From the NCBI GenBank assembly GCA_942491345.1, contig CALOAN010000044.1, forward strand, positions 32,072 to 96,071: 64,000 nucleotides of DNA, in the 5' to 3' direction. Origin of the DNA: an uncultured actinomycete. Lineage in GTDB: Bacteria; Actinomycetota; Acidimicrobiia; Spongiisociales; UBA5794. Shown in pieces: positions 30,359 to 40,165 of the stretch; positions within the stretch are counted from its first letter, which is position 1; each line of letters starts with the position of its first letter. Position numbers and translations under genes: made by a program. Under the pieces are notes generated by a model. That model saw nothing but the letters and a program-made list of their open reading frames with translations, was not told the DNA's origin and searched no databases.

Positions 30359-31797
30359 TGGGCTCACCAACGGGATTCCAGGAAATCGATCGTCGCCAAC
30401 CCGGCACACTTCCGGTCGAGCAACGACGCAGGAACTTCCTCGAGTTCTCGATCCCTCTCTCGAGTGCAGAAGTGTCCGAGCAGGGTGCCCGGTGCATCGA
30501 CTGCGGCATCCCCTACTGCCACTCCGGATGCCCCGTCGACAACCTCATCCCGGATTGGAACGACCTTGTCTACCGCGGCCGGTGGCGTGAGGCGATCGAT
30601 GTCCTGCACTCGACGAACAACTTCCCCGAGTTCACCGGGCGGGTGTGCCCCGCTCCGTGTGAGGAGGCATGCACGCTCAACCTCCACGATGCCCCTGTGT
30701 CGATCAAGGCGATCGAGTACTCAATCATCGAGAAGGCGTGGAGGAAACGCTGGATCGAACCCAAGATTCCGAGCCGACGCACCGACAAGCGCGTTGCCGT
30801 CGTCGGATCAGGACCATCCGGTCTGGCAGCCGCCCAACAGCTCGCCCGCGCCGGACACAGCGTGGAGGTGTTCGAGAAGAACGCCAAGATCGGCGGTCTG
30901 CTCCGCTACGGCATCCCGGACTTCAAACTCGACAAGGACGCCATCGACCGACGGATGGCACAGATGCAGGCAGAAGGTGTCGAGTTCCGGGTCAACCGGC
31001 ACATCGGTGTGAACTGGCCGGCCGAGCGCCTCCTCAACGAATACGAAGCGGTCGTTTTGGCCGCCGGGTGTGAGCAGCCGCGAGACCTCACCGTTCCCGG
31101 TCGAGACCTCGACGGCGTCCACTTCGCAATGCCGTTTCTCACGCAGCAGAACCGCAGAGTCGGCAACGAACCGCTCGGCCATCAGGCGACGATCTCCGCG
31201 GAAGGGAAACACGTCATCGTGATCGGCGGCGGAGACACAGGAGCCGATTGCGTCGGGACGTCGAACCGGCAGGGTGCCGCCTCGGTCACGCAACTCGAAC
31301 TCCTTCCGAAGCCACCTGAACACCCGAACAAGTCGCTTGTGTGGCCGGACTGGCCAAACAAACTGCGCACGTCAACGTCGCATGACGAGGGCTGCGAACG
31401 TTTGTGGTCGGTCTCGACCACATCGTTCGAGGGCTCGGATCGGAAAGTCGAGACCCTCCGTGGGACAGGCGTCGAATGGCAACAAGTCGATGGCCGTTGG
31501 GAGATGACCGAAGTCGCCGGGACTGAGTTCGAGCTCAAGGCCGATCTCGTGCTGCTGGCGATGGGTTTCGTCAGCCCGGTCCACGATGGTCTTCTCGAGC
31601 AAATCGGCGTCGGCTTCGATCAGCGCGGCAACGTGGCAGCGAATGACACCGACTACGGAACCAGCATCCCCGGTGTCTTCGCTGCCGGCGACATGCGCCG
31701 CGGCCAGTCCCTCGTCGTCTGGGCCATCCGAGAAGGCCGCCAATGCGCCCGCGCGGTAGACGAATACCTGATGGGCAGAACCGATTTGCCCGAGTAG
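30358..31797 (+). CDS. gltD: Glutamate synthase small subunit (NADPH-dependent)
   Basis: Start overlaps the gltB stop (TGATG). Fe-S cysteine cluster ([14 protein letters not shown]) and FAD/NAD Rossmann motifs ([27 protein letters not shown]). Confidence 0.95.
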
Positions 31798-31804
31798 GAA
31801 CCGA

Positions 31805-32120
31805 TTCTCCGTCTCTCCCACCGCAAGGTGGGGGAGGGACACGCGGACCGAGCTGATGCTCGGTCGCAGAGGGGGCGTTTGGGAGCAGGCACATAACGAT
31901 GCGGCCTGCCGCGAGCCCTCGGTCCGTCGGACCGCCCCCTCCCAACCTCGCGCGTCTTCGCCTCCACCACGCAGTGGGGGAGGCGCGAGCACCGGCCGAC
32001 AGGCCGGAGCGCAGCGGAGGGGGCTATCGCGAACCCGCGGCGAGCCTCACCGTCGCCTCCACCACGCAGTGGGGGAGGTGCGAGGTCCTTTGGCTCTGGT
32101 CTTGAGCTTGGGGGCGGGGC
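31805..32120 (+). repeat. Array of GC-rich hairpin repeat modules: diverged type A plus two or three hairpin-1/type B modules
   Basis: ctctCCCACCgcaaGGTGGGggag + gcggaccgagctgatgctcggtcgc + agagggggcg. Further cctCCACCACgcaGTGGGGGAGg copies occur at about 31961-31983 and 32056-32078. The array starts 8 nt after the gltD stop. Confidence 0.85.
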
Positions 32121-32201
32121 AACGTTGATCCAGATCTCACGGGGGTCGTCATCCTGCAGGTCGAGTACATCCGCTTTCTTGCAAGTCTCGTCGTCGCAGC
32201 C

Positions 32202-32834
32202 GTGATCGTTGCGTCCTGCACGTCCTCGGAACCGGCCACCTCCACCATTTCCCCTGGCCGGGTCCTGTCGGTGGCGTCCGGAGAGGCCCCGACGATCGAT
32301 GGCGTCATGGAGGCCGGGGAGTGGGACGGGGCGACGTCCACCGTGATGACCGATGGGAGCCCACTCCACTGGATGCACTTCGAAGAAGCGCTCTACGTGG
32401 CCCTCGAAGGTGGCGGCCTCGGAGCCGTCAATCTGGCAATCGCCACCGGTGACGAGATCTGGATCCTCCATTCCTCAGCGGCACTCGGCTCTGCGCTCTA
32501 CACCAGGGATGAGTCGACGTGGAGACTCACGCACGGGTTCAGTTGGTGCTGCCGAAGCACCGCCGACGACACAGGCCGCCAGGCACTGCTCGACGAGGAG
32601 GGGTGGCAGGCCAACATTGGATTTGCCGGTGATATCGGCGTGGTCGAATACGAGGTTGTGCTGCCGTGGGTCGATGGACTCGTCGCCGTCTCGTATCAGA
32701 CCGAGTCGAGCGACCCGGCCTACTGGCCGACGGATCTGTCGGGTGACGCCGAGGCGGACCTCATCGGCCCTTGGGCTGAGCCGAAGGATTTCAACGTGGA
32801 CGAGTGGTACCGACTCGACGAGAACACCGGGTAA
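32202..32834 (+). CDS. Exported protein, possibly CBM9/DOMON-like; the true start is probably upstream and non-canonical
   Basis: [16 protein letters not shown] is a motif typical of CBM9-like modules (from memory). The lipoprotein signal [17 protein letters not shown] is encoded in frame upstream of, and across, the first canonical start (GTG 32202). Confidence 0.58.
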   Translation: MIVASCTSSEPATSTISPGRVLSVASGEAPTIDGVMEAGEWDGATSTVMTDGSPLHWMHFEEALYVALEGGGLGAVNLAIATGDEIWILHSSAALGSALYTRDESTWRLTHGFSWCCRSTADDTGRQALLDEEGWQANIGFAGDIGVVEYEVVLPWVDGLVAVSYQTESSDPAYWPTDLSGDAEADLIGPWAEPKDFNVDEWYRLDENTG

Positions 32835-32879
32835 CGAAAACCGGCGGTGTAACCGACGGTCAGGGTTTCCGGGTCGGGT

Positions 32880-33152
32880 TCAGGCGTTTCGCTCGCGGGC
32901 TCGCCGTTCGCGTTTTTCGGTGCGCTCCCGGTCCCGCTCGTCGCGTTGCGCCTGCCGCTCGGCGCGTTCACGATCCTTCTCGACCTTGCGTTCGGCCTCG
33001 TAGCGCTCGCTCTCGATCCGGCGCTCCTCTTCATGGAGGTCGTGTGAGGTGGTGCGCTGCTCGTCGTGTACGGCTTGTCGCGCCTCTCGCCGATCGCGTT
33101 GCTCTTGCCGCTCTTCGTGCTCCCGGTCAGCAGTGGACTGTTCGCCATCCAT
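32880..33152 (-). CDS. Highly charged Glu/Arg-rich small protein (90 aa), probably a single long helix
   Basis: GC3 is consistent in this frame. GGAG lies about 10 nt upstream of the ATG. More than 60% of residues are E/R/D/K/Q. Overlapping plus-strand ORFs are Arg/Ser/Cys-rich and look spurious. Confidence 0.45.
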   Translation of the reverse strand: MDGEQSTADREHEERQEQRDRREARQAVHDEQRTTSHDLHEEERRIESERYEAERKVEKDRERAERQAQRDERDRERTEKRERRARERNA

Positions 33153-33351
33153 GAATCCGGCTCCGTCTCAGTCGATATCCGCTCTCTCCAGGGACCAAGG
33201 TAGCGCTACTCCGAGCCTCGCACGCCGATTCCTGGGCATCGTCGGCGCGGGCGGGAGCCGACGAACAGACCCTTCAGTCCTGCTCTGCCCCCGCTTCCGC
33301 GCCCACGTGTAGGGTCGCAGGTAGAACGCGAATCGACGAGGAAGGTTGCCC

Positions 33352-35703
33352 ATGCCCGCGCAATTCAACGGAGTTGTCAACGTCGACATCCGGGATTCAG
33401 TCGAGGATTGGACGCCGTACCTCCAGCCGAAGGCGCCGGAAGGGGCGCCAAACGTCCTCATGATCGTGTGGGACGACGTCGGCTATGGAGCAATGGACGT
33501 GTTCGGTGGACCGATCGAGACCCCCACGATGCGGCGCATTGCCGACTCGGGCCTCCGCTACTCGAACTTCCACACCACCGCGCTGTGCTCCCCTACCCGG
33601 TCGAGCATGCTCACAGGCCGCAACGCCACCAGCAACAACATGGCGTGCATCACCGAGGCCGCAGCCGGTTTCCCCGGCTTTTCCGGCCGCATCCCGTTCG
33701 AAAACGGGTTCATCTCTGAAGTGCTCGGCGAACAGGGCTGGAACACCTATGCCATTGGGAAGTGGCATCTCACGCCCGGGGACGAAGTCGATATGTCTTC
33801 ATGGCGTGCCCGCTGGCCGCTCGGCCGCGGATTCGAGCGCTTCTACGGATTCCTCGGCGGCGAGACCAACCAGTGGTACCCCGACCTCGTCTACGACAAC
33901 CACACCATTGATCCGCCGGCGACGCCGGAGGAGGGCTACCACCTCTCCGCAGATCTGTCGGAGAAGGCCATCAGGTTCGTCCGTGACGCCAAAGCCATCG
34001 CTCCCGAGAAGCCCTGGTTCATGTACTTCTGCCCGGGAGCAGGCCACGCGCCTCACCACGTGTTCAAGGAATGGGCAGACAGGTACAAGGGCGCGTTCGA
34101 TCAGGGCTACGAGGCGATTCGGAGCGACATCCTCTCCCGCCAGAAGGAGATGGGACTGCTTCCTGAGGACACCGAGCTGTCACCGATCAACCCTCACGGT
34201 GAGCCGACCGGCATCACCGGTCCAGAGGGCCAGCCGTGGCCTCAGCTCGATTTCGTGCGGCCGTGGGATTCCCTCGACGACGATGAGAAGACCCTGTTCA
34301 CTCGGATGGCCGAGGTGTTTGCCGGATTCATCAGCTACACCGACCACGAAATCGGCAATTTCATCGACTATCTCGAGGAGTCCGAACAGCTCGACAACAC
34401 GATCATCGTGGTCGTTTCGGACAACGGCTCGAGCGCCGAAGGCGGACCGAACGGTTCGTTCAACGAGAACAAGTTCTTCAACAACATTCCAGACACGGTG
34501 GAGGAGAACCTCAAGCATCTCGACGAACTCGGCGGCACGAAGTCCTACAACCACTACAACACCGGTTGGGCGTGGGCGTTCGACACGCCGTTCCCCTACT
34601 GGAAGCGGTTCGCCGGATACGAGGGCGGAACCGCAGACGCGTGCATCGTCGCGTGGCCGAAGGGCATCGCGGCCAGGGGTGAGGTTCGAGAGCAGTACCT
34701 CCACGCCGTCGATGTTGTACCAACGCTCTACGACCTGCTGGGTGTCACACCGCCGCCGGTCCTCAAGGGCTACACCCAGAGCGAGATCGAAGGTGAGAGC
34801 TTCGCGGCCTCCATCACCGATCCGTCGGCGCCGGAGCGGGAGTCCCAGTTCTACTCGATGCTCGGCCAGCGTGCGCTGTACCACCAAGGCTGGCTGGCGA
34901 ACACGCTCCACCCGCCGCTATCCGGGTGGAGTGGCTTCGACCAGGACGAATGGGAGCTCTACCACCTCGCTGAGGACCGCACGCAGTCGCACAACGTCGC
35001 AGCCGAGCACCCCGACCGTCTCGAACAGATGAAGGGGTTGTGGTTCTACAACGCAGGTGTCTACAGCGGCTTGCCGCTCGACGACCGCTCCGCGATGGAG
35101 ATCCTGACGTCGGATCGACCCCAGCCGTCGCCGCCCCGCAACCGATACATCTACTACCCCGACACGGCAGACATCCCAGAGTCGGTGGCGGTGAACATCA
35201 GGCGCCGCTCGTACACGATTGCCGCCGGCGCCGTTCTCGACTCAGCCGAGGCGGCGGGTGTCCTGTTCGCCCACGGCGGGTTCCCGGGCGGGCACGCCCT
35301 CTATCTCAAGGACGGCAAGCTGCACTACGTGTACAACTGGCTTGGCGAGAACATCCAGACGGTGACGTCCACCCGGAACATCGAGGCCGGGCGGCATCTC
35401 TTCGTCGCAGAGTTCGACAAGACCGGAGATGATCCCAAGACGGCATCCGCGATCGGGACGCTGACGCTGTTCATCGACACCGACCCGGTCGCATCGTCGG
35501 AGATCATGACCCAGCCCGGCAACTTTGCGCTCACCGGCGACGGTCTCTGTGTCGGTCGGGACAGCCTGTCCGCTGTCTCCCCAGACTACGAGTCGCCGTT
35601 CGCCTTCACCGGTGGCACCATCGATCGGGTCATCGTCGACGTGAGCGGTGACGACTACGTCGACCACGAGAAACAGGCCCAAGCCTGGCTCCTGCGCGAC
35701 TGA
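33352..35703 (+). CDS. Arylsulfatase (formylglycine-dependent sulfatase family)
   Basis: Sulfatase signature CSPTRSSMLTGR (C-x-P-x-R), GKWHL, and DNGSS motifs. GAGGAAGG lies before ATG 33352. Confidence 0.9.
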   Translation: MPAQFNGVVNVDIRDSVEDWTPYLQPKAPEGAPNVLMIVWDDVGYGAMDVFGGPIETPTMRRIADSGLRYSNFHTTALCSPTRSSMLTGRNATSNNMACITEAAAGFPGFSGRIPFENGFISEVLGEQGWNTYAIGKWHLTPGDEVDMSSWRARWPLGRGFERFYGFLGGETNQWYPDLVYDNHTIDPPATPEEGYHLSADLSEKAIRFVRDAKAIAPEKPWFMYFCPGAGHAPHHVFKEWADRYKGAFDQGYEAIRSDILSRQKEMGLLPEDTELSPINPHGEPTGITGPEGQPWPQLDFVRPWDSLDDDEKTLFTRMAEVFAGFISYTDHEIGNFIDYLEESEQLDNTIIVVVSDNGSSAEGGPNGSFNENKFFNNIPDTVEENLKHLDELGGTKSYNHYNTGWAWAFDTPFPYWKRFAGYEGGTADACIVAWPKGIAARGEVREQYLHAVDVVPTLYDLLGVTPPPVLKGYTQSEIEGESFAASITDPSAPERESQFYSMLGQRALYHQGWLANTLHPPLSGWSGFDQDEWELYHLAEDRTQSHNVAAEHPDRLEQMKGLWFYNAGVYSGLPLDDRSAMEILTSDRPQPSPPRNRYIYYPDTADIPESVAVNIRRRSYTIAAGAVLDSAEAAGVLFAHGGFPGGHALYLKDGKLHYVYNWLGENIQTVTSTRNIEAGRHLFVAEFDKTGDDPKTASAIGTLTLFIDTDPVASSEIMTQPGNFALTGDGLCVGRDSLSAVSPDYESPFAFTGGTIDRVIVDVSGDDYVDHEKQAQAWLLRD

Positions 35704-35876
35704 CGCATCCGGCGGCTCGGGTACCCGTCGATTCAGTCGGGCGACACCCGGACGAGGATCTCAGTCGTCCCAGGCGTCCATTGGAGGAGGCAATCGGGTG
35801 AATCCGTCCTCCGGGATGGACTTTCCGCGGCCGCACGTGGTGCGGTAGGTTTCACGGTCCACCGGGGAGGAATACC

Positions 35877-37382
35877 ATGTCAAAGATTCAACGACCGGCA
35901 CCTGAACGTGCGCTCGACTGGTCGCCCGACGAAGCGCGAGAGATCGGCGAACAGGCGGTCGACATCTGGACGGAGCTCCTTGGACGACTCCACGACGATC
36001 TCCCGGTGGCGCGCAACCGATCCGCCGGCGAGGTCGCCGAAGCCGTCAATGTCCAGATCCCAGGCGAACCGATGCCGATCGATGACCTCATCGATCATCT
36101 GCGCCAGGTCGTGTTCGAAGAGTCGATGTACCCCGGCCATCCGGGGTTCGTTGCCTACATCAGCGGCGCCGGGACCGTGCCGGGCGCAGCAGCCGACCTG
36201 ATCGCCGCCGGCCTCAACCAGAACTCCGGGGGATGGCGGCTCTCCCCGGCAGCGAGCGAGATCGAGCAGCATCTCATGAGGTGGTTTGCGGAACGCCTCG
36301 GCATGCCGGAAGGGTCATCGGGCTACGTCACGTCCGGCGGCGCCATGGTCAACCTCATCGCGCTGACAGTCGCCCGATCCCGCCACGCCGGATGGGACGT
36401 GCGCGAAGCCGGCGTGCGGGCGGGACCTCAGCTCACCGTCTATGTGTCGTCCGAGGTCCACGACACGGTCGACCGCGCCGTTCAGATGCTCGGCATCGGC
36501 ACGACAGGGATCCGCCACATCAACACCGATGGGAACCTCCGCATGGATGTTGCCGCGCTCCGGTCAGCGATTGATACGGACCTCTTCGACGGGCACCGTC
36601 CGATCGCCGTCGTCGGCTCCGCCGGCACCACCGGAACCGGGGCCATCGACCCTCTCGACGCCATCGCCGACGTTTGTGCCGAGTACAACCTCTGGTTCCA
36701 CGTCGACGGCGCATACGGCGGAGCCGCCGCACTCACCGACTCACTCCGGTCTCTCTTCACTGGAATCGGTCGGGCCGACTCGGTCGGCTTCGATCCACAC
36801 AAGTGGCTCTACACCCCGATCGCCGGCGCCTGCATCCTCGTCCGAGACCCTGCGGTCCTCAAAGAGACGTTCGCCGTTGATGCCTCATACATCGTCGACG
36901 ACGACAGCACTGGCTGGGGCGATGACATCTACGCGCTCAGCCCGCATTTCACGCGCCCGTTTGCTTCGTTGAAGATCTGGGTGTCGCTCCTCGCCCACGG
37001 GTGGGACGCCTACGAGAGGCGTATTTCTCATGATGTCGCCCTCGCCCGCTACCTTCACGAACTCGTCATCGACCATCCGGAACTGGAGCCGTTGGCCGAA
37101 CCTGGGCTCTCCATCACCTGCTTCCGCTACGTCCCGACGGGCCTTACCGGGAGGACCGATGCCGACGACTACCTCGACACGCTCAACGAGCGGTTGATGT
37201 TCGAACTGCAACTCGGTGGAAGGGTCTTTCCTTCGAACGCCGTCGTGGGTGGACGTTTTGCACTCCGGTCCTGCATCGTGAACTACCGGACCGAGGCCGA
37301 CACCATGGACGAGCTTGCTGCGGAGACGATCCGGCTCGGCCGCGACCTCGATGCCGAGCTTCGACCAGAGCATCTGAGCTGA
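35877..37382 (+). CDS. Group II pyridoxal-phosphate-dependent decarboxylase (aromatic amino acid/glutamate decarboxylase-like)
   Basis: SGGAMVNLIAL, HVDGAYGG, and the PLP lysine motif FDPHKWLY. Confidence 0.9.
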   Translation: MSKIQRPAPERALDWSPDEAREIGEQAVDIWTELLGRLHDDLPVARNRSAGEVAEAVNVQIPGEPMPIDDLIDHLRQVVFEESMYPGHPGFVAYISGAGTVPGAAADLIAAGLNQNSGGWRLSPAASEIEQHLMRWFAERLGMPEGSSGYVTSGGAMVNLIALTVARSRHAGWDVREAGVRAGPQLTVYVSSEVHDTVDRAVQMLGIGTTGIRHINTDGNLRMDVAALRSAIDTDLFDGHRPIAVVGSAGTTGTGAIDPLDAIADVCAEYNLWFHVDGAYGGAAALTDSLRSLFTGIGRADSVGFDPHKWLYTPIAGACILVRDPAVLKETFAVDASYIVDDDSTGWGDDIYALSPHFTRPFASLKIWVSLLAHGWDAYERRISHDVALARYLHELVIDHPELEPLAEPGLSITCFRYVPTGLTGRTDADDYLDTLNERLMFELQLGGRVFPSNAVVGGRFALRSCIVNYRTEADTMDELAAETIRLGRDLDAELRPEHLS

Positions 37383-37492
37383 CGCAAGGCACGGACCGAC
37401 TTTCGACCCTTGTTGGTGCTCAGCGAGCCGCGGTACGTTGATTGGCGATGCGGCACGCCGCATCTGTGCAATCGCCTCGGGAGGAAGCCACG

Positions 37493-37972
37493 ATGAGCAC
37501 ACCCCAAAAGGCTGAGCGTCGGCGGCCGTCGAGAGGAACACGGCGGTTCGGGTACGCCGTCTCCATCGTCGTCGAGGTCGCGCTGCTGGTCCTGGTGAAC
37601 AATCTCGTCGAATGGGACATTGCCCCGTTCATCACTGAAGGATTCAACAACCTTGTTCCCTACATCAACGTATCGCTGGTAGCGAGCATGGTGGTGAACA
37701 TCGCGTACTTCGCCTTCGACCCGCGCTGGTTCCGGTCCCTCACGCAGGCAATCCTCAACGTCATCAGCCTGGTCGTGATCGTCCAGACGTACCGGATCTT
37801 CCCGTTCGACTTCTCAGGATCGGACTTCAACTGGACGGCGCTGACTCGAACCGTCCTGGTCGTGTTGATGGTGCTGGTCGGCGTCGGGATCGTAGGAGAG
37901 GTCGCGAAGATGCTCCAGGGGCTGTCGACAGAGGGCGCCGCCCATCGGCAAAATCCCCCAGCGGCCGTCTGA
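37493..37972 (+). CDS. Small integral membrane protein (4 TM), unknown function
   Basis: GGGAGGAAG lies before ATG 37493. A basic N-terminus is followed by four hydrophobic helices. Confidence 0.6.
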   Translation: MSTPQKAERRRPSRGTRRFGYAVSIVVEVALLVLVNNLVEWDIAPFITEGFNNLVPYINVSLVASMVVNIAYFAFDPRWFRSLTQAILNVISLVVIVQTYRIFPFDFSGSDFNWTALTRTVLVVLMVLVGVGIVGEVAKMLQGLSTEGAAHRQNPPAAV

Positions 37973-38004
37973 ACCCGACCCCATGTCGAATCCGACGGAT
38001 TGAT

Positions 38005-38193
38005 CTAGGGCTTCGAAACGACACCCCTGACCCTGGGGTATTTCAGCGGCCGGTGGACGTGGCAGAACTTGGCCGTGTTGTACCGGGAGATCACAACCGA
38101 ACAATCCTCGCTCGCGCAGACGCGGCCAACAGCCGCAGTCTTCGGTCGACGCAGGCGGCCGGACGGCCTCGACGCCTTCATGGATTCGTTCAT
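38005..38193 (-). CDS. Small basic Cys/His (zinc-ribbon-like) protein, 62 aa
   Basis: GGAGG lies 6 nt upstream of the ATG (ggaggtgagcgATG). Motif is C-x4-C-x12-C-x2-H (RVCASEDCSVVISRYNTAKFCHVH). The N-terminus is basic. Confidence 0.6.
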   Translation of the reverse strand: MNESMKASRPSGRLRRPKTAAVGRVCASEDCSVVISRYNTAKFCHVHRPLKYPRVRGVVSKP

Positions 38194-38321
38194 CGCTCAC
38201 CTCCAAAACGGCTCTTTCCTTGGATACGGAGCCGTCGCTGCGTTCGGATGACGACCGATGGCGGCCTCTCCGGGAATGCGCGGGGACCGCAGCGAGTCGC
38301 CCCGAGAGACCGCAGAGGAGA

Positions 38322-38849
38322 ATGCCAATGAGCCGAGGCCGGGTACGGATAGAAGCAGGGCAAAAGAGGATTCGGGTGTACCTGGGCGGCGAAGTCGTCG
38401 CAGATACCACTCACCCGAAGCTCGTTTGGGAGAAGCCCTACTACCCCACCTACTACTTCCCCGAAGGCGACGTACGCGTCGACTCCCTCGTCCCGACCGG
38501 GCACAAGAAACGCTCGCCGAGCCGCGGCAGCGCCGAGGTCTTCGATGTCAAGAGCACCCGCCGCACCGCAGAGCAAGGTGGACGAGCTCGTCTCGTGACT
38601 TCATCTCGGAAGTGCGTTGTGCCAAACGACCCCCTCCCCCCGCTCCGGCCAAGAACTGGGCGCCCTCAGATGCGTCCCCTCACGGGGTGGGGGGACGCGG
38701 ATTCGCTCTGCGAGCCCGCAGGGAGGCTGTTTCGGCGGAAGGGCCTTGACCGGCCGCGTCCGGAATCAGACGCTACTCGTTGTCGGCAAACGCAAGGCCA
38801 TGGGATCGGGCGAGCGCTCGGAGCTGCTCGAGACGCATCTCGTCGATGA
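38322..38849 (+). pseudogene. DUF427-like gene remnant: N-terminal ~85 aa look genuine, the 3' part reads through a repeat element and antisense sequence
   Basis: GRVRIEAGQKRIRVYLGGEVVADTTHPKLVWEKPYYPTYYFPEGDVRVDSL...SPSRGSAEVFDVK fits DUF427. After about nt 38580 the translation becomes Arg/Pro/Gly-rich junk. Confidence 0.4.
38628..38700. repeat. Degenerate fragment of the hairpin repeat family
   Basis: cgaccccctccccccgctccggcc is the reverse complement of a type B core. It is followed by gtCCCCTCACgggGTGGGGGGac, a hairpin-1-like stem. Confidence 0.5.
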
Positions 38850-38952
38850 GTGCGTTCAGCATCCCAACCGAGCGGCGCAGATCAGTGACGCTCTGATCAA
38901 GAGACTCAACCTTCTGCTCGAGTTGAGAGATACGTTGGTTGTCCGTGATCAT
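38773..38952 (-). CDS. Possible 59-aa coiled-coil protein
   Basis: MITDNQRISQLEQKVESLDQSVTDLRRSVGMLNALIDEMRLEQL has heptad-like periodicity. The SD is weak. The longer track ORF N-terminus (to 39081) is Cys/Arg-rich and unlikely. Confidence 0.3.
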   Translation of the reverse strand: MITDNQRISQLEQKVESLDQSVTDLRRSVGMLNALIDEMRLEQLRALARSHGLAFADNE

Positions 38953-39166
38953 CACTTCCAGTTTCTCACGACCATTCTGCCATCGGCATACGCGTCGGAT
39001 TTCTGAAACCGTCTGTCGATTCAGTCCTCCCTGGCACAGCCGCGAAAGCGCGTCTCGGCAAGCGGTACGGTCTGACTGCAAGGAACCGGACTGGAAGCCG
39101 GTAGCTCACCGACGGGCGACTTCCTACTCCGGGTAGGGTTCACGACTACTCCAACAACCACGCTCC

Positions 39167-40147
39167 ATGTCCCAACGCGCCACTCGAAACCGTCATACGT
39201 CGACTCCGCGGGCCACCGTGTGGGTCGAGCTCGGCCTGATGTCGTTGATGTGGGGCAGCGCCTTTCTCCTGATAAAGGTTGCGGTTCCGACCGTTCCTGC
39301 CTTCACCATGTCGGCGGCGCGGGGCCTCCTGGCAGCAGTCCTCTTGTGGATGGCCATTCGTGCAACACGGCGAGCGAAACCGCGATCGAATGATCGGTGG
39401 TTGCCGGCACTGGTGCTCGGAACCGTGAGTGGCTGGCTCCCGAACGTCCTGACGGCGTGGGCGTTGCTGCGTCTCGACAGCTCGGTCGCGGGAATGCTCA
39501 GCGCCGCGTCGCCGATCTTCGTGGTGATCCTGGCTCACTTCTTCCTCACCAATGAACGTATCCACGGCTCTCAGGGCGTCGGCATCATCGTCGGCTTTGT
39601 CGGTGTCGCTCTGATCATCGGTGTCACTCCCGGCTCGTTCGGGGAGGCCGACCTGGCGGGTCAGCTCGCGATGGTCGCAGTCTCGCTCAGCTACGCCGTA
39701 GGTGCGGTGTATGCCCGTCGGATTGGACCTCAAGACGCCCCGCAGCTCGCAATGCGCCAGCAACTCGTCGCTGGTTCATTTGCGCTGCTCGTGGCGATTG
39801 CACTCGAGCAGCCGTGGAACGTCGATCCCGACCCGATCGCCGTGGTTGCCATCATCGGCCTGGCAGTGTGGGCGAGCGCGATCCCAATCTGGATCTACTT
39901 CCGGATGCTGGCGCACACCAAGGCCATCACCGTGTCGCTCGTTGCATATCTCATTCCTGCGGTTGCAGTGATCCTCGGTGCGCTCGTTCTCGGCGAGGCG
40001 CTCAAGCCGACGTCTGCGCTCGGCCTGGCAGTAGTGCTGACCGGTGTTGCCATCGCAACCCGGCCCCGCCGGACACGGGCCGCGCCACCCGTTTCGGCCG
40101 GTGGAATCGAGCCGGACGAAGCCGTCGACGTCGCCCAAGAGGACTAG
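39167..40147 (+). CDS. EamA/DMT-family transporter (10 TM)
   Basis: Two EamA repeats (LMWGSAFLLIK...; ...WASAIPIWIYFRML) and hydrophobic throughout. Confidence 0.85.
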   Translation: MSQRATRNRHTSTPRATVWVELGLMSLMWGSAFLLIKVAVPTVPAFTMSAARGLLAAVLLWMAIRATRRAKPRSNDRWLPALVLGTVSGWLPNVLTAWALLRLDSSVAGMLSAASPIFVVILAHFFLTNERIHGSQGVGIIVGFVGVALIIGVTPGSFGEADLAGQLAMVAVSLSYAVGAVYARRIGPQDAPQLAMRQQLVAGSFALLVAIALEQPWNVDPDPIAVVAIIGLAVWASAIPIWIYFRMLAHTKAITVSLVAYLIPAVAVILGALVLGEALKPTSALGLAVVLTGVAIATRPRRTRAAPPVSAGGIEPDEAVDVAQED

Positions 40148-40165
40148 AGCCGGCAGCGGGTGCGT

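Noticed and set aside
33485-35032. 515-aa plus-strand ORF in an alternative frame of the arylsulfatase gene
   Set aside because: It is a Ser/Arg/Thr/Pro-rich translation. The 33352-35703 frame carries the CxPxR sulfatase signature and other family motifs.
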